Origin: Candidatus Omnitrophota bacterium
GTDB taxonomy: Bacteria > Omnitrophota > Gorgyraeia > Gygaellales > Profunditerraquicolaceae
Direction: 5' to 3'
Length of the DNA: 64,000 nucleotides
Assembly: GCA_026387335.1 (NCBI GenBank)
Contig: JAPLLX010000004.1
Span: 77,955-141,954 of the forward strand
Position numbers and translations under genes: made by a program. A model generated the notes under the pieces. That model made no database searches. It worked only from the letters and a program-made list of their open reading frames with translations, and was not told the origin of the DNA. Each line of letters begins with the position of its first letter. The stretch's first letter is position 1. Shown here piece by piece: positions 29,843 through 39,409 of this stretch.

Positions 29843-31444
29843 TTAATGCGCGTCAATCAGATCAACACTCCGCTCAGTTATGCCTTCCGGAGAAACCAAA
29901 ACCATAATTATGAGCTTGGTGCCGCCTGATTTATAGGAAGTTTTAAATTCAGGCTGGTTTATACCGGCCTTAACCCCACCCATATCGCCTGACCACAGAT
30001 ATTGTAATTCAACTTGTAAGCAGCCGCTAGGGCCCAAAGATGCGGAAGAAGAAACAGTCAACTCTTTATCTTTTTCGGGTAGGTACAAGCTGGCTTTCAG
30101 GTTAATTTTACTCATATCCAGGTTAGCATATTCTTCTTTTAATGCCGTATCCAGGCTGATTGTAATATTGTAGTCCAGGGGCTTAGCCTGCTCTATCTCG
30201 TTTAACCGGCTTTGAGCTAAAAGTAACCTTTCCTGGTCGATATCCTGACCTTTGGCCACTATTAGATCATAATATTCCTTGGCCGCGGGAGAATCCCCCT
30301 CCCATTGCTTTAAGAGTCCAAGTTGGTATAAGCTGGCTAATGTATAAGACGAAACAACGCTCTTCTGAGCGAGCGTTTCCAAATAACCCCTTCCGGCTTT
30401 AAGGTCTCTTAACATATAAATAAAAATAATACCTGTTTTATAAGTAAGCTGGTCGGAATAGCTGCTTTCCGGGAATGATTTAAGAAAATTAACATAAATA
30501 TCCTTGGCTGGCCCGAAAGCTTTAGCTTTCTCTAAGTTAAAGCCCCGCAAGTACATTAGCTTCTCATCAAAAGCTTTTTCGCCTCCGATTTCCTCTATCT
30601 TCTGAAATATCTCCTCGGCATAAAGCATATCGCAAGGCGCGTTATCCCGATAAGCGAAATCTTTAGCTATAGCGATTAATTCCGGGATTAATTTCTCTTT
30701 GGGGATGCCGCTTTTTAAGAGCCTTTGAATGTAGGAATTATAAATATTCTCGGCTAATTCCAAGTGGCCGTCTTTATAGAAACCTTCGGCGATAGCTTTT
30801 AACTGCGCGTCTTTTATTTCCGGCCCGGATAACTTAGCGGTATAGATCTTATATAATTCTTTGGCTTTTGAGTTTTCGCCGTAGACCAGAAGCTTATCCG
30901 CGATTTCCTTAATAGTGTTGATATCACTGTTTGCTTGCGCGTATTCCGGGACAGAACTCAGCAAATCCGTTAAGGCGGCATCGCTAAAAGTATCCTGCTG
31001 GTCTTTATGGAACTGATAAATCAGCAGCTTGGAATAAATATTCACCGCATCCTTAGAGCTGCTGGAAATTATGGCTTTCTGGGAGCTATTCACAATATCC
31101 TCGCGGTAATCATTGCCTTTAGCGAAATATTCATCCCAGGCCTTAGCCTCTTCCAAATATTTAAGCTGGGAATAACGCGTCAAGGCAACATAGTAATCCA
31201 GCAATGCCTGGACCGCTTTATTATCCGAACTAAGAGCCTTTAAGGATTCCGCGAATTCAGAATATTTATTATCCTTAAAGTATTTATCTTTTAAGGCGAC
31301 AAGGCAGGGGCTCTCTCCTGTTTTAGCCGCGCCGATACATTGAGTCAACGCGTTGGCCTCTTTTGTTTCCTGAGCATAAACTGCGGGTGAAGAAATAAAT
31401 GTAACTAGGAATAAAGCCGTGAGGAAAGAAAGATTTTTTCGCAT
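29843..31444 (-). CDS. Secreted protein with helical-repeat N-terminal region, unknown function
   Basis: 533 aa; cleavable signal peptide (AVYA-QE); helical repeats then beta-rich C-terminus. Confidence 0.45.
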   Translation of the reverse strand: MRKNLSFLTALFLVTFISSPAVYAQETKEANALTQCIGAAKTGESPCLVALKDKYFKDNKYSEFAESLKALSSDNKAVQALLDYYVALTRYSQLKYLEEAKAWDEYFAKGNDYREDIVNSSQKAIISSSSKDAVNIYSKLLIYQFHKDQQDTFSDAALTDLLSSVPEYAQANSDINTIKEIADKLLVYGENSKAKELYKIYTAKLSGPEIKDAQLKAIAEGFYKDGHLELAENIYNSYIQRLLKSGIPKEKLIPELIAIAKDFAYRDNAPCDMLYAEEIFQKIEEIGGEKAFDEKLMYLRGFNLEKAKAFGPAKDIYVNFLKSFPESSYSDQLTYKTGIIFIYMLRDLKAGRGYLETLAQKSVVSSYTLASLYQLGLLKQWEGDSPAAKEYYDLIVAKGQDIDQERLLLAQSRLNEIEQAKPLDYNITISLDTALKEEYANLDMSKINLKASLYLPEKDKELTVSSSASLGPSGCLQVELQYLWSGDMGGVKAGINQPEFKTSYKSGGTKLIIMVLVSPEGITERSVDLIDAH

Positions 31445-31445
31445 T

Positions 31446-32684
31446 TTATTTTCTCTTTTTGTTATTGTGTTTTAATTGCGGTTTTTTCCAAAACTCCCGG
31501 ATCACATAATAAGCCTTACGCGGAGTGCGTATATCCAGGCCGCTATTTGGGTCGCCGGATATGGCCACCAGGCCAAACCACTCTTCATTCATATTCTTAT
31601 TGCCTTCGGCCTGAATATCAAAATAATAGCTTCCGTTAGACCAGTTAGAGACCGTATCGTGGGCTTTCCAGGAATCAGGATTACTCTCGTCATGCTTCCA
31701 CCATTCATCAGACCATTCAAACATTGTCCCACCGAGACAATTGCCCGCTCCCCCTTTTACCCGGCCGAGATTCTCGTAAATCTGGCGCCACTGGGACTCT
31801 AAGAAAAAAGCCTGCATATTCTGGTTTTCTTTCTTTAAATACGCGTCATAGCAATCCGCGCCAAATTCCGAAATAAGAATTGGCTTATCAAATGTCGCCC
31901 TTAAGGACCGGAAAAGATTGCCGAAAGTCTTGCCCCGATAGATAATGCAAGCTACCAGATCCACATCCGGCGCTACTTTATTCGCGTATTCCAGACCCGC
32001 TAATTCACCGTTACCCAGGGCAACCGGGTGATTCGGATCGATCTTATGTATCTCTTTAGCAATCTCATTTACAAAAGAATAATAAGTCTTGGCCCGCATG
32101 GCTTTTTGTTTTTGCGGATCGGGTTCCTTATCAATCTCATCGCTTGACCAGGGATTAACGCTGCCTATGCAGGAATAATTATTCTCGTTCCCCAATATCC
32201 AAAGCAATACACCCGGTTCATCTTTAAGGGAAGCAACCATATCTAATACTTCTTTCTTTACTTTATCCTGAAATTTTTTATCGCCATAGAAAGGACAGGG
32301 ATATTCCCAAAAGCCCAGCCAACTGCCTATGATCGTACGGATACCGTATTTTTCGTATAAATCCCGGATTACCGTTTTTACCTCTTGCGTATCTTCGTGG
32401 GACTGGTAAAGCCTGATGGTATTAATACCCATCTCTTTCATCAGTTTACCATCAATAAGCCAGGGCTTATGCGGGTCAGACCACCAATCATGTTCATGAT
32501 TTTTACCGATAAGAATAGGATTATAGCAAACGCCTTTTACAATATAGCCCCTGCCGCCGACAATAAGTTGGTAGTCTTTATTCTTAAATTGTTGGATATA
32601 GACTGTCGGGCCCTTTTTACAGCCGGAAAGAGAGAATAAAAAGACGACACAGGCTACAAGATAAATAGGGACAGCGACCATTTT
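31446..32684 (-). CDS. Lipoprotein glycoside hydrolase, clan GH-A TIM barrel (GH5/GH72-like)
   Basis: Lipobox LSGC; YIVKGVCYNP, catalytic-like LGNEN and ISEFG motifs; start moved to the internal Met (tracker 32783) to avoid 56-nt overlap with the upstream gene. Confidence 0.6.
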   Translation of the reverse strand, partial: KMVAVPIYLVACVVFLFSLSGCKKGPTVYIQQFKNKDYQLIVGGRGYIVKGVCYNPILIGKNHEHDWWSDPHKPWLIDGKLMKEMGINTIRLYQSHEDTQEVKTVIRDLYEKYGIRTIIGSWLGFWEYPCPFYGDKKFQDKVKKEVLDMVASLKDEPGVLLWILGNENNYSCIGSVNPWSSDEIDKEPDPQKQKAMRAKTYYSFVNEIAKEIHKIDPNHPVALGNGELAGLEYANKVAPDVDLVACIIYRGKTFGNLFRSLRATFDKPILISEFGADCYDAYLKKENQNMQAFFLESQWRQIYENLGRVKGGAGNCLGGTMFEWSDEWWKHDESNPDSWKAHDTVSNWSNGSYYFDIQAEGNKNMNEEWFGLVAISGDPNSGLDIRTPRKAYYVIREFWKKPQLKHNNKKRK

Positions 32685-32727
32685 TCTGTTGAAAAAATGG
32701 TCGCTGTCCCTATTTAATGCGTTATTT

Positions 32728-33885
32728 TTATTCGTACTTGATCTCATCCAAATAGAAAGTAGCGCCTTCAGGATTATTATCAACGTTTGCCGACCAGCAG
32801 AAACCGCCGATAATATAAGACATATCCTTGCCCTTTAAATCAATGCTGTATTGCTTCCACTCTTTTTCCAGGATTACCGGGCCGATAACCGCGCTGTCTG
32901 AATCCGAGAATTCGCCCATTATGCCGCCAACCTTAAACTCTTCAATGCGCTCGCCGCCTTTTAAACCGCGGGCCCAAAAGGTAAGCTTGGTTGCTTTGGA
33001 TAAATCGAATCCTCCGTCAACAGTACCCCAGTTATTCGCCGGGTTCTGCCAGAATATGCCTGCCCAGCCTGAACCTTGCGCCTTAAGGCCATTGTAGATT
33101 ACTTTGATACAAGTATCCCCTAAATAAGGATCCTCTTTGGACGCGCCTTCATACTTTATATCGCCGTAATCACCCATCCAGCCCGAAGGAATAAAATGAT
33201 TCCTGGCTGAAGAGCGGTCAGAAAAAACATAGAAAGGCAAGGCTTCCTGTTTTTTGCTTTCCGGTTTTAACGCGGGATCCGACTCAAATTTAATATCATC
33301 GATGTAGAATGTCGCTCCCTCGGGATTTAAATCTGCGTTCGTGGCCCAGCCGAATCCGCCGTTAATATAGGAAACATCCCTACCGGCCAGATTGACGGTG
33401 TATTGCTTCCAGGTATCGGTCAATTCAATAGGGCCCATCTCTACAGCTGCTGTATCCGGATAGGTGCCCTTTATACCGCCGACCATCACCTTTTGTATCA
33501 CTTCCCCGCCTTTTAAGCCACGGGCCCAAAAGGTGAGTTTATTCATACCGCTTAAATCAAAACCGCCTTTTTTGTTTCCCCAGTTATTCGCCGGGTTCTG
33601 CCAATAAACGCCTGCCCAACCCTGATTCTGGGTTTTCTTCGCGCTATAAATAAACTGGATACTGGTCGTGCCGCCATGAGGATTATCCGCTGATTGATCA
33701 TTCATCTTTATATCGCCGTAATCACCCATCCAGCCCGAAGGAATAAAATGGTTGGTTTTGGCGTTTTTATCGCTATAAACCCCAAACTCCTTTGGCGTAT
33801 CTGTTGCTTGTTCTTGAGCCGAGGCCAAAATCGGCAGGGCTAAAAACAACACCGCTAAAAACATAACTAACCTTTTCATAAACAC
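32728..33885 (-). CDS. Secreted protein of two tandem about 170-aa repeat domains (possible carbohydrate-binding/beta-sandwich)
   Basis: 385 aa; signal peptide; repeated blocks FIPSGWMGDYGDIK...WQNPANNWG...LTFWARGLKGGE...NPEGATFY. Confidence 0.6.
   Translation of the reverse strand: MFMKRLVMFLAVLFLALPILASAQEQATDTPKEFGVYSDKNAKTNHFIPSGWMGDYGDIKMNDQSADNPHGGTTSIQFIYSAKKTQNQGWAGVYWQNPANNWGNKKGGFDLSGMNKLTFWARGLKGGEVIQKVMVGGIKGTYPDTAAVEMGPIELTDTWKQYTVNLAGRDVSYINGGFGWATNADLNPEGATFYIDDIKFESDPALKPESKKQEALPFYVFSDRSSARNHFIPSGWMGDYGDIKYEGASKEDPYLGDTCIKVIYNGLKAQGSGWAGIFWQNPANNWGTVDGGFDLSKATKLTFWARGLKGGERIEEFKVGGIMGEFSDSDSAVIGPVILEKEWKQYSIDLKGKDMSYIIGGFCWSANVDNNPEGATFYLDEIKYE
32731..33786. repeat. Intragenic tandem duplication (2 x about 530 bp)
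   Basis: Units about 33256-33786 and 32731-33237 share long identical stretches (e.g. TATATCGCCGTAATCACCCATCCAGCCCGAAGGAATAAAATG). Confidence 0.7.
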
Positions 33886-33959
33886 CTCCCTTTTTTAATT
33901 ATAAGTTATAAATTGTAAGTTGCGCGTTATTAAAATGTCTCCTTTCTCCTCCTGAATAA

Positions 33960-36230
33960 TTATCTCCAAAGCCTCTGATATGTATAATAAGCTTTTCTTA
34001 AATGCCGCAAAAACGGGCTCTCTTTTCCGTTGCCTTGAGACGCTAGCCCCAGCCATTCCTCATGCATGAAACCGTCGGGAAACGGGCCGGCCCATAAACC
34101 TTTGGTATCATGTATCGAAGGCTCATAGGCCTTCCACCATTCATCCAGCCATTCAAATACAACGCCGCCTATAGCATTCCCGGCGCCTAAACTATAGGCC
34201 ATATTATCTTCGATGTTCTCCCAGGAAGCCTTATGATACGCGGCTTGCCCGTCTTCTCCTTCTTCAGGAGTTTTTCCTTCGGCGTAAGCCGGACAGCCAA
34301 ATTCAGTAATGAAAGCCGGCCTATCCGCTTCTTCCTTCACGCTCTTCCATAAACGGCCAAAGCCATAATCTCCCCGGTAAGCATTGGTGCCGAATATATC
34401 GATATCGGGAGCGTCTTTACCGAATTTATCCAGGAATAAAATATCGCCGCTGCATATGGCCACGGGATGATCCGGGTCAATGGATTTAATTATTTTCGCT
34501 ACTTCATTAGCGAATTTAAAAAAGGCATCCGGTTCGGTATTAGCGTTACAGGCGTAACCGTAGACGTTCTCGTTTCCTAAAAGCCAGAATAATATAAACG
34601 GCTCATTCTTATATTCATTGACCATACCTTTTACTGATTCAATCATCTTAGTTTTTTGCTCTTCATTATTGTAATCGGTCCCCGGATTCCAGGCCGCGCC
34701 TGAACCCAAGGCGTATTTCCCGAGGAAATCGCCCATTATTACGCGGATCCCGTAATTTTCATACATATCCCGTAAAACTTTTTTATCGACTTTGCCCGGA
34801 TGATGATAAAGCCGTATGGTATTTACTCCCATACTCTGCATAAATTTAAAATCGCCTGTGGGGGTCTTTCTCGGATCAACATCCAAATAAGAATCATACG
34901 GGCCGTCAGCCCGGCCGTTCTGGTTAAAATCGTCCTCCATCCAGCTTGTCTGCGTCCCTTCGTCAGGAGACTGCCCTACTTTAGTCGGAGAATAAGTAAT
35001 ACCTTTAATTATATACGGCGAACCCTCTACCACAAGCTGCCAGTCCCCGTTTTCATATTTCGCTGCATAAACTTTCCCTTCTCCGGATCTTTTTATAATT
35101 TTTGTGAGATCCTGTTTGGGCTTAGTTGTTACTTTATCCGTTTTTCCGGACTTAACAAATTTTCCGGGGTTGGTAACCGCTATGTCATTAGCCACGTCAT
35201 TATCGTAGCCATTGATTATTTTGATATCCGCTCCCTCTAATTTATAGCCGAGCTGCGGATTATTACGCAGGATAAAGTTTATTTTGGCAATCGCGGCCTG
35301 GCCTACGTACCAAGGGGTATGCCAATAGGTCCAGCCGTAGCTAGCCGGATAATGCACGACTATTGAGTAATAACATTTAAGCGCCTGTTTTATTAATCCT
35401 GACTTTTCTAAGATCAGCGCGGTATAAAATAACCTTACTCCCTGCGGTTCAGACGCTGTTGCCCATTTTAAGAAGGCGGCTTCTAAATCCGGAGAATGCG
35501 AAAAATCCCAGATATCTCCCTCCAGGCGTTTTTCTTTTTGGGCTTTCTTTAGCTCCGGGTCCCACCTTACTGAACTGGTATTGGGATAAATGCCCTCTCC
35601 CACGGCAGCGATTAAGCCTTCTTGGTCCTTAACAATATATTTATAATCTCTTGTGCTAATATTTTTAAACTCGCCGTATTTCTCGTAATTTATAATATCT
35701 TCCGTCCCCGGGTCATAAAGAACCACTTTAGTGGGAAGCTGGCTCACCTTCTTCTTCTGCTCGACTTCAATGGAGCCGGTCTCAATCTTCTTAACGCTCT
35801 GCTCGGAAGCCAACTTTATAGACCAAAACCAGCCTCGCGGGTCCCAGGCCTGGGCAAAGGGATATTTGTTAATGATTAATTTAAATATTTTCTTGGCTTC
35901 CCCCGTCTTTTCCTGGCGCATTAAAGACTCTGCCTGGATAAAGTAGGCGGTGGCCACATCATTTAATACCTGGACATCTTCAATTTCATTCTTGGCCTTA
36001 GGCAGGGCCTTTAAAGTCGCCTCTTCTTTATCCGCCTCGTCTTTATATAGATCGATCAGCTCCTGCGTATATTTAAAAGTAGCTTCTATATCTTTTTTCC
36101 CGTGGGCTGCCCAAGATTTATTAATCAACTCACCGCTAGATGGCTTAGCGTTAACCACGGGGCTTTCAGCAAAAGAAATTGCCGCGCCTAAAAATGTTAG
36201 AGCCAAGATATAAGTAAAAATCTTTCTCAT
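33960..36230 (-). CDS. Secreted glycoside hydrolase, clan GH-A (paralog of 31446-32684) with N-terminal helical/TPR-like extension
   Basis: 756 aa; signal peptide; YIIKGITYSP, LLGNEN and ITEFG motifs parallel to the smaller paralog. Confidence 0.6.
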   Translation of the reverse strand: MRKIFTYILALTFLGAAISFAESPVVNAKPSSGELINKSWAAHGKKDIEATFKYTQELIDLYKDEADKEEATLKALPKAKNEIEDVQVLNDVATAYFIQAESLMRQEKTGEAKKIFKLIINKYPFAQAWDPRGWFWSIKLASEQSVKKIETGSIEVEQKKKVSQLPTKVVLYDPGTEDIINYEKYGEFKNISTRDYKYIVKDQEGLIAAVGEGIYPNTSSVRWDPELKKAQKEKRLEGDIWDFSHSPDLEAAFLKWATASEPQGVRLFYTALILEKSGLIKQALKCYYSIVVHYPASYGWTYWHTPWYVGQAAIAKINFILRNNPQLGYKLEGADIKIINGYDNDVANDIAVTNPGKFVKSGKTDKVTTKPKQDLTKIIKRSGEGKVYAAKYENGDWQLVVEGSPYIIKGITYSPTKVGQSPDEGTQTSWMEDDFNQNGRADGPYDSYLDVDPRKTPTGDFKFMQSMGVNTIRLYHHPGKVDKKVLRDMYENYGIRVIMGDFLGKYALGSGAAWNPGTDYNNEEQKTKMIESVKGMVNEYKNEPFILFWLLGNENVYGYACNANTEPDAFFKFANEVAKIIKSIDPDHPVAICSGDILFLDKFGKDAPDIDIFGTNAYRGDYGFGRLWKSVKEEADRPAFITEFGCPAYAEGKTPEEGEDGQAAYHKASWENIEDNMAYSLGAGNAIGGVVFEWLDEWWKAYEPSIHDTKGLWAGPFPDGFMHEEWLGLASQGNGKESPFLRHLRKAYYTYQRLWR

Positions 36231-37075
36231 CCGACAACCGCTCCTTGGGTCACTCCTTTAACAATATACTTCTGCATCAAAAGATAAAGCCCTATTATGG
36301 GCAAGACCGCAATAGTCAGCCCGGCCATTAACAGCGGATAACGCGTGACGAACTCTCCCTGAAAAGTCATCAGGGCGACCTGTAGCGGCATAAGCGGCCG
36401 GGAATCAAAGATAAGCAGGGCAAGAATAAATTCATTCCAGACATTCAGCGCGTTTAAGACGACGACTACCGCCAATACCGGCTTAGCCAAAGGCAGGGCC
36501 ACGTGCCACCAGATGCCGAACTTGGAACAACCGTCGATACGGGCGGCGTCTTCCAGCTCTTTGGGCATCTTATCAAAAAAAGTTTTCAGCAAAAATATAC
36601 TGGTAGATAAACCCACGTTGATCATACACAAAATATAGCCTATAGGAGTGTTCCTTAAATGTAATTTATTTAAAAGGACATAGAGGGCCACGAAACTCCC
36701 TTGAATAGGGATCATCATTGCCGCGATAAACATAAAGAAAATTATGTTCTTGCCGGGAAACTTCAGACGGGAGAAAGCGTAAGCAGCCATGGAAGAAATA
36801 ATGATTATTCCGATAACAACTACGGTAGTATAAAGAAGACTATTTAAAAAATATCTGCCGAACCCGCCCTCTATCCAGGCCTGATAATAATTTTCAAAGT
36901 GGAGGACTTTAGGAATAAGCGACATATCCTTAAAAATCGTCTCTTGGGTTTTTAGGCTCGAGGAAATCATCCAGAGTAAAGGAAAAAGGCAGGTCACTGC
37001 TACGGTCAGCATGAATAAATGGATAACCAGATTTACGCTTATTTTCTTGGACTTATAATAAAGAGAAGACTTCAT
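36227..37075 (-). CDS. Carbohydrate ABC transporter permease (MalG-like)
   Basis: 282 aa, 6 TM, EAA loop (EAARIDGCS). Confidence 0.85.
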   Translation of the reverse strand: MKSSLYYKSKKISVNLVIHLFMLTVAVTCLFPLLWMISSSLKTQETIFKDMSLIPKVLHFENYYQAWIEGGFGRYFLNSLLYTTVVVIGIIIISSMAAYAFSRLKFPGKNIIFFMFIAAMMIPIQGSFVALYVLLNKLHLRNTPIGYILCMINVGLSTSIFLLKTFFDKMPKELEDAARIDGCSKFGIWWHVALPLAKPVLAVVVVLNALNVWNEFILALLIFDSRPLMPLQVALMTFQGEFVTRYPLLMAGLTIAVLPIIGLYLLMQKYIVKGVTQGAVVG

Positions 37076-37080
37076 AGTTT

Positions 37081-37953
37081 TTAAGCCTTGGCTTTCTTAT
37101 TAACCAAATACTGGGCAAAAGAAATCATGCACAAAATTACGCCGAAAGTTATACCCTGGGCGCAGGCGTAGCCAAAACGACTAGAACCGCGCATGGAAGC
37201 CAGTATCCTTAATACCGGCACCTCCGTGTGGTAGCCCGGGCCGCCGCCGGTCATAGTATAAATAAGGACAAAAACCTGCATCGTCCCTAAAATCGTGAGT
37301 ATCGCCACCAGCACGACAACCGGTATCATAAGCGGAACGGTAACATTCTTAAAAGAATTCCAGGCGTTTGCTCCGTCCACGCGCGCGGCTTCGTAAAGCT
37401 CACGCGGAATAGTCTGCAGCCCGGCCAAAAACAATAAAAATCCCCAGCCAAAACCTTTCCAGCAATGCACAACCGCGACAGTAGTTAAGGCCGTATTCGG
37501 GTCAGAGAGCCAGTTACGGGTTAAATTCGTAAAACCAAAATGGGTGAGCCAATGGTTTAATATCCCGTAATTGCCGTTTAAGATCCACTGCCAGACCAGG
37601 CCGACCACTACTTCTGACAATACCGGAGGGATAAAAAATATGACCCGGTAAAAATTCTTCATCCGGATTTCGCGGTCACAGGCCCAAGCTAATAAAAAGG
37701 CGAGCGCGTTCTGAAAAGTAAGCGCTATAAGGGTGATGTAACCTGACTGCCATAAAGACTGCCACCATATTTTATCGGCGATAATCTCCTTAAAATTGCT
37801 TAAACCGACAAATATCTTGGTGGGCAATATCCCGTCCCAGTCAAAAAACGCGAGTTGAAAGACCGAAATGAAAGGAATTATATAAAATACGGCGAAAATC
37901 AGTACCGCGGGAAAAACAAATAGGTAATTTTCTAAAGTGGTTTTTAATCTCAT
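37081..37953 (-). CDS. Carbohydrate ABC transporter permease (MalF-like)
   Basis: 290 aa, 6 TM, EAA loop (EAARVDGAN). Confidence 0.85.
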   Translation of the reverse strand: MRLKTTLENYLFVFPAVLIFAVFYIIPFISVFQLAFFDWDGILPTKIFVGLSNFKEIIADKIWWQSLWQSGYITLIALTFQNALAFLLAWACDREIRMKNFYRVIFFIPPVLSEVVVGLVWQWILNGNYGILNHWLTHFGFTNLTRNWLSDPNTALTTVAVVHCWKGFGWGFLLFLAGLQTIPRELYEAARVDGANAWNSFKNVTVPLMIPVVVLVAILTILGTMQVFVLIYTMTGGGPGYHTEVPVLRILASMRGSSRFGYACAQGITFGVILCMISFAQYLVNKKAKA

Positions 37954-39254
37954 CTCTTTTTGGCTAATTCGCGCTCTTTTATTTTCTGCACTTCGGCCGC
38001 TACCTGCTCAGGAGTTTTTTCGCCGATGATTATAGATTGGATTCCTTTATCCAGCGACTCAATTACCGGAGAAAATTCCGAAACCCCCCAGACATTCGGA
38101 TGCGTGGCATAATCCATAGCCCGGGCAAAATTGGCCATAACATCTGAAATTTTATTTACGCTCTCCTTATTTGCCGGAAGATTATTGGTGCTCTCCGCCA
38201 GATACGCCTGCTGCGGCGCTTCAGTAAGCCAGCGCAAAAATTTCACCGCCTCTTCTTTATTTTTTGAACGGGCGTTGATCATGAAAGACGAACCTGCCCC
38301 GCCCCAGATAGCCATCGGAAATTTATCCGAAGCCTTAGGCGGAAGGAACGCGCCGTATTCAAGATTCGGGTTCATTCCCTTATAGACATTCACGCACCAG
38401 GAACCGTTAAAGGCAAAAACCGCTTTGTCATTGGCAAATAATTGCTCGGCCGTTTTATTGACCATCGTAACCAACCCGCTGGCCAAGAGGCCGGATTCCT
38501 GCATATCTTTAAATAAAGATAAGACCTTGATCCAATCCGGATCAGTATAAGGAACCTCGCCCTTTATCGTCGCGATGACCTTATCTTTGCCCATTATATT
38601 AAAAGCGTAATTATTGGCTAAGCAATCGATCATCCAGATCTCGCCCCATCCGGAAACTAACCCCTGCAAATTAGCCGCTTGGATTTTCTTGCCGATTTCT
38701 AAAAATTCTGAGAAATTCTGCGGAGGGCGGTTAGGATTAAGCCCTAATTGCCTGAATAAAGACTTATTATAGACCATTTGTATGGTCATTATATCAATCG
38801 GTGTCCCGTAGATACCCGGCGCGACACCGTAACTGTTCCCTTCGCTGAATTCATTTACCGCTAAGGCCTTGGCAAAAAAACTATTCTTCCACTTAGCGTT
38901 ATCTTCCAGCATGTAAGGAGTAAGATCGAGGATAAAACCGGCTTTGATGAATGAAGAAAAATCCCTTTTTTCACCTAATATCCCGAAAACATCGGGCAGG
39001 TTTGAGCCTTGAGCTGCCGCGCGCACCTTCTGTGAATAGGCGTCGGATGGAGCGTAAAGTTCAAAGTCTACTTTTATTCCGGACTTAGCTTCGTATCTTT
39101 TAGCCAGCTCCCTGAATGCCGGTTCACGGTCAGTCATCCAGTGCCATACCGAAATAGATTTCCCGGAATTAGATTTAGAGGAGCAACCTGCGGTCAGAAT
39201 TAAAGAAATTAACCCTAAAACTGCGAATAATCTTCCTTTACCCATAGTTGTCAT
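37950..39254 (-). CDS. Extracellular solute-binding lipoprotein, family 1 (sugar ABC transporter)
   Basis: 434 aa; lipobox LTAGCSS; SBP_bac_1-like. Confidence 0.85.
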   Translation of the reverse strand: MTTMGKGRLFAVLGLISLILTAGCSSKSNSGKSISVWHWMTDREPAFRELAKRYEAKSGIKVDFELYAPSDAYSQKVRAAAQGSNLPDVFGILGEKRDFSSFIKAGFILDLTPYMLEDNAKWKNSFFAKALAVNEFSEGNSYGVAPGIYGTPIDIMTIQMVYNKSLFRQLGLNPNRPPQNFSEFLEIGKKIQAANLQGLVSGWGEIWMIDCLANNYAFNIMGKDKVIATIKGEVPYTDPDWIKVLSLFKDMQESGLLASGLVTMVNKTAEQLFANDKAVFAFNGSWCVNVYKGMNPNLEYGAFLPPKASDKFPMAIWGGAGSSFMINARSKNKEEAVKFLRWLTEAPQQAYLAESTNNLPANKESVNKISDVMANFARAMDYATHPNVWGVSEFSPVIESLDKGIQSIIIGEKTPEQVAAEVQKIKERELAKKR

Positions 39255-39266
39255 TCCAGCCTTTCT

Positions 39267-39323
39267 TGATTTCGATATGCCTCAGGCGTTTATATCGAAA
39301 TCACACTTGCCTCTGGCAAGTGT
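39267..39323. promoter_or_regulatory. Two adjacent inverted repeats in the 5' region of the ABC transporter operon (candidate operators / 5'-UTR structure)
   Basis: GATTTCGATAT-N13-ATATCGAAATC (39267-39301) and ACACTTGCC-TCT-GGCAAGTGT (39303-39323), 13-70 nt upstream of the SBP start. Confidence 0.3.
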
Positions 39324-39409
39324 ATTGAATTTCTTCCTTACCTATTATAGGTGAGAACATAAAATTTAACATATTTTCAAAACAAAAGCAAGGTTTTTTA
39401 AGCTCTTTT

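Noticed and set aside
32685-32783. N-terminal 33-aa extension of the lipoprotein GH (tracker start 32783)
   Set aside because: It overlaps the upstream gene by 56 nt and precedes a canonical lipoprotein signal peptide. The internal Met at 32684 is the likelier start.
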